A DNA stretch of 64,000 nucleotides from Dehalococcoidia bacterium. Lineage in GTDB: Bacteria > Chloroflexota > Dehalococcoidia > Tepidiformales > Tepidiformaceae. The stretch is from NCBI GenBank assembly GCA_003104995.1, contig PQAO01000027.1:100799-164798 (forward strand), read 5' to 3'. A model generated the notes under the pieces. It ran no database searches, had not been told where the DNA came from, and saw nothing but the letters and a program-made list of their open reading frames with translations. Position numbers and translations under genes: made by a program. Shown here in pieces: positions 46,987 to 55,468 of the stretch (position 1 is the stretch's first letter; the number at the start of each line of letters is the position of its first letter).

Positions 46987-47661
46987 TCAGGCAGTGAAAC
47001 GGTAGCCCTTGCCGCGAATCGTTTGGATGTACTCGGCCGAGCCAAGCACATCGCGGAGTTTGCGGCGGAGGTTACTCACATGAGCTCGGACCAGCGTGCT
47101 TGCACCTGCCGCATCGTGGTACTGCCAGACATCCACCAGCAGTTCGCGCGGGTGGAGGATCTCTCCCTCGTGTTCCATCAGGTACGCCAGCAGGGTGGCC
47201 TCGATGTGGGTGAGGTGCGCCTGGCGGTCACCGCTGCGCAGGGTGTTCGAGGCGAGGTCAAGGTCGATACCCGGGTCGTGACCGTCGCGCCGGGGGTGGC
47301 CGATGCGTTCGCGGAGTGCCTGGCCGAGTGCCTCAATGGGGAAGGGCTTCTTGATGACCGCGCCCTCGATGCGGAAGTGCGGGCGGCGCGCGCCCTTATG
47401 AAGGAGATAGACCATCGTCGGCGGAGTGGTGCGATATGTGCTCGCGAGCCACTGGTTGAACTGAACGAAGTTGGCCCCGGCTTCATCCCGTGGGAGGCCC
47501 TGGACATCGGTAACGATCGCATCGTGGCGATGGTCGGCGAGGTGGAGCATCGCGTTGTCGTAATTTGAAGCTGTCGCAGTGTCATACCCCCGCTCGCGGA
47601 GGTACTCGGTGACCGCTGTTCGCATGCGGGGCTCACGACTAATAACGAAAACGGATGTCAT
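46987..47661 (-). CDS. OmpR-family winged-helix regulator with an atypical receiver domain
   Basis: The C-terminus LVRAHVSNLRRKL...IQTIRGKGYRFTA is the OmpR/PhoB wHTH. The receiver reads VFVISREP where the DD acidic pair is expected, while the D in IVTDVQGLP and the K in IKKPF are retained. Confidence 0.8.
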   Translation of the reverse strand: MTSVFVISREPRMRTAVTEYLRERGYDTATASNYDNAMLHLADHRHDAIVTDVQGLPRDEAGANFVQFNQWLASTYRTTPPTMVYLLHKGARRPHFRIEGAVIKKPFPIEALGQALRERIGHPRRDGHDPGIDLDLASNTLRSGDRQAHLTHIEATLLAYLMEHEGEILHPRELLVDVWQYHDAAGASTLVRAHVSNLRRKLRDVLGSAEYIQTIRGKGYRFTA

Positions 47662-47878
47662 GCTACGTCCGTGAGATGTGGTTCGAAGCGACGTTGGAGC
47701 ATCTTCGTGACGCTGGAAGGTGGTGTCAAGCAATTTCGAGCCCCCCTGGAACATAAGGTCGAGAACTTGGGTGCGGTCGCGGCAAGAGCCCGCAGTATCT
47801 CTCCGGAGGCGGGAGAGGCCTGATCCCGGCCAGCATACGCCTTCGCTCCGCCCGCGTTTTGTCGGCGATGTAGTTAGG

Positions 47879-48643
47879 TCAGTTCGAAGCGGTCAGCTCA
47901 TAGATGACATCTTCGATCCCTTCGATTCTGGCTTTAACCAGGCGACGGGATCCTTCGGCCTCAACCCAGACGAACTGGGTGACCGAGGCAGTCCGCACGC
48001 GGATCTTCCACGCCGTGAACTCCCCCGCGGGAACCTGGATGGTTTCCCGGCCCTCGACCTTCAGGTCGACGGGGAAGGTTTGGCCGGTGCCCGCGTTCAC
48101 GTTCTGGAAGGACGCTTCATAGCCCTCGCGGAGGTCCATGCCGCGGACGAGCCACAGCAGGGACTCGTCATCGTAGTAGCCGGGGTCGGGGCTGGTCTCC
48201 GTCGGTTCAGGGAGTTTGCGCTCGGTTTCGCGCACCTTTCCTTTGTCATCGAAGATGAACTTCACGATCGGTGGTTCGTAGACACTGAGGGCTGCGACTC
48301 GCTCGTTCTTCTCCGCGTCCGTCCGGACGCGGGCCGCTTCCAGGGGAACGAGCGTGAGGGAGTCGACAAGTACTGTCCCGTCATCGCGGTAACGCGGTTC
48401 GTTGGCGCACAGCCGGCTCAATCGGGTCTTCCCGGGCTCGGTCTCGACATCCGTTTCGAGTACGCATGTGCCGTAGAGGTCGCCGCCCTCATCGATCAGG
48501 TTGTACTCGTTGTGTTCGTCGCCGGTCCAGGGTGGTGCGACGAACACTTTGCTGAGTGTGCGATCGTTACTCCCCGCACACGAGGAGAGGGCAACTGCCA
48601 GCGATCCCGCCAGCATGAGAGAGGCGATGCGAGCTGATATCAA
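47879..48643 (-). CDS. Lipoprotein of unknown function
   Basis: The TTG at 48643 overlaps the ltaE stop (TTGA) and gives (M)ISARIASLMLAGSLAVALSSC, with an L-S-S-C lipobox. The longer track ORF would overlap ltaE. Confidence 0.6.
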   Translation of the reverse strand: MISARIASLMLAGSLAVALSSCAGSNDRTLSKVFVAPPWTGDEHNEYNLIDEGGDLYGTCVLETDVETEPGKTRLSRLCANEPRYRDDGTVLVDSLTLVPLEAARVRTDAEKNERVAALSVYEPPIVKFIFDDKGKVRETERKLPEPTETSPDPGYYDDESLLWLVRGMDLREGYEASFQNVNAGTGQTFPVDLKVEGRETIQVPAGEFTAWKIRVRTASVTQFVWVEAEGSRRLVKARIEGIEDVIYELTASN

Positions 48644-49677
48644 ACGGGGACTGCTCCAGCAATCGACGCGATCCGGGCGAGCGCCTGGTCGACATCGTTG
48701 CGCGTGATGTTGATGTGTGTGACAAGGCGCATCCGCTGCGGGCCGAAGGCGACCGCAAGCACGCCCTGCTGTTCGAATGCGGCCAGCCAATCCGGGAGAC
48801 GGCCCTCGGTAATGTCGGCGACGACAATGTTCGTGGCCGGATCGTTCGTCCGGAAGGGAGCCAGCTTACGCAGGCCGTCGGCCAGCACCCGCGCATTGGC
48901 ATGGTCCTCAGAGAGGCGTGTGATGTTGTGGTCGAGCGCGTACAGCCCGGCAGCCGCGAGGATGCCCACCTGGCGCATCCCGCCACCCAGGAGCTTCCGG
49001 TTGCGCCTTGCCCGCTCGATGAACTGGCCGGGTCCACACAGGAGCGAGCCGACCGGACACCCGAGGCCCTTGGAGAGGCAGAACGAGACCGAATCGCAAT
49101 CGCGCGCAATGCGGGCGGCCGGCACGCCGAGCGCGGCGGCGGCGTTGAACACGCGTGCGCCGTCCAGGTGGACCGCTACCTTGCGTTCCCGGGCCACCGC
49201 GGCCAGCTCGTCGATGACGGTGACTGGCAGTGCAGCACCACCGCAGCGATTGTGCGTGTTTTCGAGGCACAGGAGGGTCGTACCTGGCGAATGGAGGTTC
49301 TCCTGCCGGATGGCGGCCGCGACCGCGTCCGGGGCAATCGCGCCGTCGTCGTGGTTCGCTAACGGCCGTGTCAGGACGTTCGCAATCCGCGCCGCGCCGC
49401 CGAGTTCGTACTGGAAAATGTGGCACTGGTCGCCGAGGAGGATTTCGTCGCCGGGGCGCGTGTGGGTCATCACCGCGAGCAGGTTGGCCATGGTGCCACT
49501 GGGGACGAAGAGGGCGGCTTCCTTGCCCAGGAGCCCGGCCGCGCGTTCCTCGAGCGCGCGGACCGTCGGATCGTCGCCGAAAACGTCGTCACCCACCTCG
49601 GCGCTGGCCATGGCGTGCCGCATCGCATCCGAGGGTTTCGAGACGGTGTCGCTGCGGAGATCGATGACGGCGTTCAT
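48640..49677 (-). CDS. ltaE: Low-specificity L-threonine aldolase
   Basis: IDLRSDTVSKPSDAMRHAMASAEVGDDVFGDDPTVRALEERAAGLLGKEAALFVPSGTMANL and FCLSKGLG (PLP Lys) are readable. Confidence 0.9.
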   Translation of the reverse strand: MNAVIDLRSDTVSKPSDAMRHAMASAEVGDDVFGDDPTVRALEERAAGLLGKEAALFVPSGTMANLLAVMTHTRPGDEILLGDQCHIFQYELGGAARIANVLTRPLANHDDGAIAPDAVAAAIRQENLHSPGTTLLCLENTHNRCGGAALPVTVIDELAAVARERKVAVHLDGARVFNAAAALGVPAARIARDCDSVSFCLSKGLGCPVGSLLCGPGQFIERARRNRKLLGGGMRQVGILAAAGLYALDHNITRLSEDHANARVLADGLRKLAPFRTNDPATNIVVADITEGRLPDWLAAFEQQGVLAVAFGPQRMRLVTHINITRNDVDQALARIASIAGAVPV

Positions 49678-50156
49678 GCCTGCTGGCGCTCCCAGATGGT
49701 CTGGTAGTGGTCGGCCCCGCGAATCGCTCCGAAAACTTCGCGCCTCTCCATCGCAAGCAGTTCCTCCATCGTGCGGCCACAGGTCTCGGTCGTGTCGTCG
49801 TCGCCGAGCGACGAGACGCGGTCAACCAGGTGCTGCCAGACACCGCTCGTGAGGAGCACCGGCATAGACCGTGGCCAGTGAAACGACATGACCTTTTCCG
49901 GCAAGGCGAATTCGGGCCGCAGGCGCTTGATGGAACGGAAGCGGTCTTCAACCGACTCGGCGCGGGGCACGATCTTGATGAGGGGCAGGACGCCCGCCTT
50001 CGTTCGGAAGTCGATCAGCAAACGCTTGTCGATCAGATGGAAGCGGACGACGAGAACATCCGCGGTATCGATGACTTTGAACACCTCGTCGAGGTCGACA
50101 CCGAAATCATCACTCATGTGGGGCTGCCCGGTAGAGACGTGGAGGGATACCGCCAT
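49674..50156 (-). CDS. Hypothetical protein, first gene of the ltaE operon
   Basis: Its stop overlaps the ltaE ATG (ATGA at 49674-49677). Candidate starts are at 50156 or 50117. The longer track ORF is impossible because it runs through tRNA-Pro. Confidence 0.5.
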   Translation of the reverse strand: MAVSLHVSTGQPHMSDDFGVDLDEVFKVIDTADVLVVRFHLIDKRLLIDFRTKAGVLPLIKIVPRAESVEDRFRSIKRLRPEFALPEKVMSFHWPRSMPVLLTSGVWQHLVDRVSSLGDDDTTETCGRTMEELLAMERREVFGAIRGADHYQTIWERQQA

Positions 50157-50190
50157 GGTATGGCAGGGTGCACCCCGGGGCAAAGAGAGT

Positions 50191-50267
50191 TGGTCGGGGT
50201 GGCGCGATTTGAACGCGCGACCTCTTGGTCCCAAACCAAGCACTCTGCCAGGCTGAGCTACACCCCG
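50191..50267 (-). tRNA. tRNA-Pro (anticodon TGG), CCA encoded
   Basis: The reverse complement CGGGGTGTAGCTCAGCCTGGCAGAGTGCTTGGTTTGGGACCAAGAGGTCGCGCGTTCAAATCGCGCCACCCCGACCA folds as a cloverleaf, with anticodon stem CTTGG/CCAAG and loop TTTGGGA. Confidence 0.9.
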
Positions 50268-50313
50268 AGGTGCTTCAAGCGTACAGGCATTCACGAGGAG
50301 GGGCGATTGGGGC

Positions 50314-51312
50314 TTAGCCGCAGCGAAGCACCGCCGCGCCCGAAATCTGTCCGTTCGCCAGCCGCTCGAGCGCGAGATTGGCCTCGTCCAGTCCGAACGG
50401 CTCGACAGATGTGCGGATGGGGATGCTGGCGGCGAGTCCCAGGAACTCGCGGGCGTCCGTACGCGTGAAGTTCGCCACGCTGCGGATGGAGCGTTCCAGC
50501 CAGAGCCGGTCGTAGGAGAACTCGGGGACGCGGTCGAGGTGGATGGCGTTGATTGCGACTGTGCCACCGCGGTCGACGGCTTCGAGGGCGCGGATCACCA
50601 CCTCCCCGGCAGGAGCGAAGGTGATCGCCGCATCGAGTGGCACTGGTGGGGAGTCGTCGTACCCGCCAGCCCAGGCAGCGCCGAGCTTGAGCGCGCGCTC
50701 CTGCTCGCGGACCGCCCGGGTAGCGACGAACACCTCGCAACCCCAGTGGCGTGCGACCTGGAGCACAAGCGACGCGGAAGCGCCGAAGCCGTAGAGCCCC
50801 AGGCGGCCCCCGGGCGGGATGCCGCTGATTTTGAGGGAGCGGTAGCCGATGACTCCGCCGCAGAGCAGTGGCGCGGCGGCCATGTCATCGAAGTCATCGG
50901 GGAGTGGGAAGGCGAAGTCCGCTCGGGCGACCATCTGCTCCGCGTAGCCACCGTCCTGGTCCCAACCGGTGAAGCGGGCGGTCTGGCAGAGGTTCTCGCG
51001 ACCCCCGAGGCAATGGCGGCACAGGCCGCAGGTCGATGCCAGCCAGGCCACGCCGGCCCGGTCTCCGGCATTCCAGCCTTCGACCCCAGCGCCCAACGCC
51101 GCGACGATGCCGACGGCCTGGTGGCCGGGGATAACGGGCAACCGGCGGGCCGCAATGTCTCCCTCGGCAAGCTGGAGATCGGTGCGGCAGACACCGCACG
51201 CGGAGACCCGGAGCAGGATCTCGCCAGGGCCGGGCGCCAAATCGGGGAGATCGACCAGTTCGAGCGGGCTTCCCGTGACAGGTGCTTGCCGCAGGAGTAG
51301 TGCCGCGCGCAT
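50314..51312 (-). CDS. Zinc-dependent alcohol dehydrogenase (MDR family)
   Basis: Has CGVCRTDLQLAEG and GHQAVG (catalytic Zn), CRHCLGGRENLC (structural Zn) and GFGASA (Rossmann). Confidence 0.9.
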   Translation of the reverse strand: MRAALLLRQAPVTGSPLELVDLPDLAPGPGEILLRVSACGVCRTDLQLAEGDIAARRLPVIPGHQAVGIVAALGAGVEGWNAGDRAGVAWLASTCGLCRHCLGGRENLCQTARFTGWDQDGGYAEQMVARADFAFPLPDDFDDMAAAPLLCGGVIGYRSLKISGIPPGGRLGLYGFGASASLVLQVARHWGCEVFVATRAVREQERALKLGAAWAGGYDDSPPVPLDAAITFAPAGEVVIRALEAVDRGGTVAINAIHLDRVPEFSYDRLWLERSIRSVANFTRTDAREFLGLAASIPIRTSVEPFGLDEANLALERLANGQISGAAVLRCG

Positions 51313-51315
51313 GGC

Positions 51316-52263
51316 TCAGCCTGCCCGCGTCCCTTCGGGGAGGGCGCAACCGATGACCTGGCTCACATCGTCATATCCCTCACGGGTCAGCCACGCCTCC
51401 ATGCCTTCGAGGACGTCGAGCAGCGCTCGCGGGTTGGCGAAGGTGGCCGTCCCGACCTGGACTGCGGTCGCGCCGGCCATCAGGAACTCGATGGCGTCCT
51501 CGCCGGTGGATATACCCCCACAGCCGATGACGGGAATGCGGACTGCCTTCGCGACGTCGTACACGATGCGCAGGGCGATCGGCTTGATGGCGGGCCCGCT
51601 GAGCCCTCCTCGGGCCCGAGGGAGCACTGCCCGGCGGCGCTTCGTGTCGATAGCCAGGCCGAGGACCGTATTGATCGCACAGATGGCTGCGGCGCCTTCC
51701 GCCTCGCAAGCCAGTGCAAGTGCCACCGGGTCGGTGACATTGGGAGTCAGCTTCACGATGACCGGGAGGTCAGTGTTACGCACCGCGGCGCGGGTTGCGC
51801 GGGCGGAGGCCTCAACGTTCTGACCGATTTCGATGCCGCCGATGTCCACGTTCGGGCAACTGATGTTCAGCTCGATGCCGGAGATGCCGGGGATGCCGTC
51901 GAGCATGCGCGCCATTTCGCCGAACTCCTCGATGGAATCACCGGCAATGTTCACGATGACAGGCACATCCCAGCGCGCCCAGAGCGGCGCCATCCTGGTG
52001 AGGCAGTCGTGGATACCGATGTTCTGGAGGCCGATGCTGTTGAGCATGCCCGCCGGGGTCTCTGCGACGCGGGGTTGCTGGTTACCGGCACGGGGGACCA
52101 TGGTCACGCCCTTCGAGACGACGGCGCCCAGGCGGCTGATATCGAAGTGCTTGGCGAATTCAAGGCCCCAGCTGAAGGTGCCACTGGCCGGCATCACCGG
52201 GTTACGCAGAAGCAGGCCGGTCTTCTGTCCGGGAGCGATTTCGACCGAGAGATTTGGGGCCAT
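51316..52263 (-). CDS. pyrD: Dihydroorotate dehydrogenase, class 1 catalytic subunit
   Basis: Shows NPVMPASGTF, ELNISCPNV, VKLTPNVTD and IGCGGISTGEDAIEFLMAGATAVQVGTA. Confidence 0.9.
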   Translation of the reverse strand: MAPNLSVEIAPGQKTGLLLRNPVMPASGTFSWGLEFAKHFDISRLGAVVSKGVTMVPRAGNQQPRVAETPAGMLNSIGLQNIGIHDCLTRMAPLWARWDVPVIVNIAGDSIEEFGEMARMLDGIPGISGIELNISCPNVDIGGIEIGQNVEASARATRAAVRNTDLPVIVKLTPNVTDPVALALACEAEGAAAICAINTVLGLAIDTKRRRAVLPRARGGLSGPAIKPIALRIVYDVAKAVRIPVIGCGGISTGEDAIEFLMAGATAVQVGTATFANPRALLDVLEGMEAWLTREGYDDVSQVIGCALPEGTRAG

Positions 52264-52352
52264 TGGAGAGAGTGTAACGGTTCGCCGCCGGGCGTTGAAA
52301 AGGAACCGGCCGGAGGTACCGGCCGGCTCAAGGATGTGCGAGGAGGAACTGT

Positions 52353-52574
52353 TCAGGAGTTTGATGGAGCCCGGCGGCTGCGGTAGCGGGAGCCATTGAG
52401 GCTAAAGCTGTCGTTGTCCCAGAGGGCCTCTTCCGATGAATTGCGGAATTCGCGGGCGACGCCGCAGCGTTTGCACCGGCCACTGCTGAGTGCGCCATTC
52501 GGGGTTTCGATGACCCAGTGATGGCGGCAGAGAGCGGACGTTGCTGCGGCCTCGCGAGTAACCATGTCTGTCAT
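52353..52574 (-). CDS. Small CxHHW...CxxCG zinc-ribbon protein
   Basis: LCRHHWVIETPNGALSSGRCKRCGVAREF is readable. GGGAGA precedes the ATG. It is the first gene upstream of pyrD on the same strand and is paralogous to the C-terminal module of island ORF 21554..21895. Confidence 0.55.
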   Translation of the reverse strand: MTDMVTREAAATSALCRHHWVIETPNGALSSGRCKRCGVAREFRNSSEEALWDNDSFSLNGSRYRSRRAPSNS

Positions 52575-52846
52575 GAAATCTCCCTGTTCATGCTTACCGG
52601 ACGGTAAGATAAGTGTAGCACCGATCCGGCGGGGGCCATGTCCAACCTAACCCGGAGGGGCGAAATGGCGGGTAAACCGTTTGCTCCGGTGGCCCCGATA
52701 CCGGTACGATCACCTTACCGGCTGGTACAGGTTGCACGAGCAGCCACCGTTCGCGAATTCCCCCGTGGCGCCACCGGCACGCGGGGAGACCGCCGCAACG
52801 AACCCGAGATTGACGCGCCAGGCCGGCAGGAAGGCCTCCGCATTCC

Positions 52847-53914
52847 ATGACCTCTGCTCCTCCCGCAGTACGCGATGACGTCCTTGCAGCCCTCGACCGC
52901 GTCCAGGATCCCGAGTTGCACGCCAGCATCGTCCGCCTCGGCATGGTCAAAGACCTTGTTGTCGAAGGGGACGATGTCCGGCTCACCATCGAACTGACCA
53001 CCCCGGCCTGTCCGCTCAAGGAGACCATCGAGAGCGATATCCGGGCCGCGCTGGCCGAGGTGCCGGGCGTGGCCAATGTCACGCTCGAATGGGGTGCGAA
53101 CGTGCGGGCGACCAACCCGCGCGAGGGCAAGCAGCCGATCGAGGGCGTCCGCAACATCATCGCCATCGCGAGCAACAAGGGCGGCGTTGGCAAGTCGACC
53201 CTGGCATCGAACATCGCGGTCGCCCTGGCGAAGACGGGTGCGAGCGTCGGCCTGATTGACGCCGACATCACCGGTCCGAACCTGCCGACGATGTTCGGGC
53301 TCCCGTCCGGCCTCCAGGCAGGCGCCAGCGATGGGCTACGGCCGGTCGAACGATTCGGGGTGAAGGTGGTGTCGCTCGGGTTCCTCCTTCCCAAGGGCAC
53401 GCCGGTGGTTTGGCGTGGCCCGATGATTGGCAGCGCGGTGCGCCAGCTGCTCCACGACGTACCGTGGGGCGAACTGGACTATCTCCTGATCGACCTTCCG
53501 CCTGGTACCAGCGACGCATCGATGAGCATGGCCCAGGATGCCCCGATCACCGGCGTCGTCATCATCTCGAGCCCGCAGGATGTCTCGGTCGAAGACGCGA
53601 TGAAGGCGGTCGCGATGTTCGAGAAGCTGGACGTGCCGGTCTTCGGGATGGTGGAGAACTTCAGCTACTTCGTGGCGCCTGATACGGGCACGCGCTACGA
53701 CATCTTTGGCCACGGTGGCGCCGAGAAGGCCGCCGAAGAACTCGGGATCGATTTCCTGGGCGCGATCCCCATTGAACCCGCGGTTCGCGAGGGTGCCGAT
53801 AGGGGCGTTCCGGTGGTGTACGGTGCACCGGAGTCCGAATCGGCGAAAGCGATTGAGCGCATCGCCAAGAACGTTGCTGCTCGCATCAGTGTTTTGCAAA
53901 GGATGGGTGGGTAA
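52847..53914 (+). CDS. mrp: Mrp/NBP35-family Fe-S cluster carrier ATPase with an N-terminal DUF59/MIP18 domain
   Basis: The N-terminus DVLAALDRVQDPELHASIVRLGMV is DUF59. The deviant Walker A is IAIASNKGGVGKST. The Cys motif region is NFSYFVAPDTG. Confidence 0.9.
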   Translation: MTSAPPAVRDDVLAALDRVQDPELHASIVRLGMVKDLVVEGDDVRLTIELTTPACPLKETIESDIRAALAEVPGVANVTLEWGANVRATNPREGKQPIEGVRNIIAIASNKGGVGKSTLASNIAVALAKTGASVGLIDADITGPNLPTMFGLPSGLQAGASDGLRPVERFGVKVVSLGFLLPKGTPVVWRGPMIGSAVRQLLHDVPWGELDYLLIDLPPGTSDASMSMAQDAPITGVVIISSPQDVSVEDAMKAVAMFEKLDVPVFGMVENFSYFVAPDTGTRYDIFGHGGAEKAAEELGIDFLGAIPIEPAVREGADRGVPVVYGAPESESAKAIERIAKNVAARISVLQRMGG

Positions 53915-53926
53915 CCCCAACTACGA

Positions 53927-54979
53927 ATGGTCTTAAACATTTTCCCACGGCATGAGAAGGCAGCTGCCACTCCCGCCATCGAACGAGAACCAGTCCTCCC
54001 TGAACCGTCGCCTGAGGCACTCGAGGACACCAAGAAGCGCACGCGTCGCGGCACCCGCGGCGGACGTGGGCGGCACAAGCCGGTCGAGGGCGAAACGGCG
54101 GAAGCCGAAGCGGAGGCTGGAACCGAAACCGCAACCGAAACCATAACCGGGCCCGAGGCTATCGCAACCGTTCTCGAAAAGCCGGTGGCGCGCCGAGCGC
54201 CTCGCCGGACCGCGACAGCCGCCGCGGAAGCAGCGGCAGAAGCACCACCGAAGGAGCCGGTTGCGGAAGAGCCTCCCGCGCGGCCATCGCGCGCCCGGAA
54301 GCCGCGAACTGAGGCAGAGGCCGCGGCGCCAGCCCCGGCCGCGAAGGCGGCCCCAGCTGCCACCATCGACCTGAAGGCGCTCACCCGGGCAATCGAGGCG
54401 CAGGGCAAGCAGATCGAACAACTCATCCACCTGCAGGAAGACCTCGCCAGGCGCGTGCCGGCCGGTGGTAGTGGTGTTGCTGGTGCGATTCCAGCCCGTG
54501 TCGGCGTCTTTGTCGATTCCGCCAATATCGAGCTTGCCTGCGACCGGCTTCGGTCACGGATCGACTGGAAGAAGCTGCTGGACTTTCTCACCGAGGGACG
54601 GCAGCTGGTCCGGGCCATTGCCTACTCGCCAGTCCACGACGACCCGGGTGTCAGCCTGGAAACGCAGCGCTTCGCCGAACCGTTCATCGGCAAGGGCTTC
54701 CGCGTCGTCACGAAACCGCTCAAGCGGTTTGCCGATGGCAGCATCAAGGCGAACGTCGACATCGAAATGGCGCTCGACATCATGGAGATGCTGGACCGCC
54801 TCGATGTGGTCTGCCTCGTTTCGGGCGACGGCGACTTCCAACGACTGGTCGAAGTGGTCCAGATGAAGGGTGTCCGCGTCGAAGTGGTCGGTGTGGGCAC
54901 GAGCACGGCGACGCAGCTCCGCAACGCCGGCGACCGCTACGTGGATCTCCAGAACATCCTGGCAAAGGTCAAAGCCTGA
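53927..54979 (+). CDS. NYN/LabA-like domain protein with a long low-complexity N-terminal region
   Basis: The C-terminal half VGVFVDSANIE...ANVDIEMALDIMEM...VCLVSGDGDFQRLVEVVQMKGVRVEVVG is the NYN (LabA/DUF88) signature. The N-terminal ~170 aa are Ala/Glu/Pro/Arg-rich. Confidence 0.8.
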   Translation: MVLNIFPRHEKAAATPAIEREPVLPEPSPEALEDTKKRTRRGTRGGRGRHKPVEGETAEAEAEAGTETATETITGPEAIATVLEKPVARRAPRRTATAAAEAAAEAPPKEPVAEEPPARPSRARKPRTEAEAAAPAPAAKAAPAATIDLKALTRAIEAQGKQIEQLIHLQEDLARRVPAGGSGVAGAIPARVGVFVDSANIELACDRLRSRIDWKKLLDFLTEGRQLVRAIAYSPVHDDPGVSLETQRFAEPFIGKGFRVVTKPLKRFADGSIKANVDIEMALDIMEMLDRLDVVCLVSGDGDFQRLVEVVQMKGVRVEVVGVGTSTATQLRNAGDRYVDLQNILAKVKA

Positions 54980-55058
54980 TCGGCGGCAGGGTCATTCAAT
55001 AGCCAGGGGGCCGGTCATTGCGACCGGCCCCCTTTTCGTCCCCCGGACGGGACGTTGT

Positions 55059-55466
55059 TCAGGCGGGAGTGAACATCGGCAAGGAGATGCCGGTGGTCTG
55101 GTCCTCCCACTGGACCTTTACACGCTGGCCTATTGTTATGTCGCTGGTGGGGTCTGCCACGCCAACGATGTTGGTGAGGATGCGGAAACCCTCGTCAAGG
55201 TCGACGTAGGCGACCGCGTACGGCCCGAGCGGGGCGAACGCCGGATGGCGGTTCAGGCGGACGACGCTGTAGCTGTAGATGGTCCCTTGGCCTTTCGATT
55301 CGCGCCATTCGAGGTTGCGGGAGCCGTTCTTCGGGTTGTGCGCCCGCGGGAAGAAGACCACGTCGCCGGTGTCGCGATCAACCTGGTAGGTGAGCTTGTG
55401 TTCCTTCGTCGCGTCCCAGAAGGGCTGCGTGTCGGGTTCGGGGAAGCGTGGCTGTGGCCGGTCCAT
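55059..55466 (-). CDS. DUF35 OB-fold protein (thiolase partner)
   Basis: PFWDATKEHKLTYQ...GTIYSYSVV...YAVAYVDLDEGFRILTNIVG is the typical DUF35 OB-fold pattern. The ATG at 55466 lies just after the thiolase stop. The usual N-terminal CxxC ribbon is not evident. Confidence 0.8.
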   Translation of the reverse strand: MDRPQPRFPEPDTQPFWDATKEHKLTYQVDRDTGDVVFFPRAHNPKNGSRNLEWRESKGQGTIYSYSVVRLNRHPAFAPLGPYAVAYVDLDEGFRILTNIVGVADPTSDITIGQRVKVQWEDQTTGISLPMFTPA

Positions 55467-55468
55467 GG

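Noticed and set aside
49674-50567. The full-length 297-aa version of the ORF upstream of ltaE.
   Set aside because: Its N-terminal 140 aa would run straight through the tRNA-Pro gene (50191-50267) and into the 3' end of the alcohol dehydrogenase gene. I kept only the part downstream of the tRNA (start 50156 or 50117).
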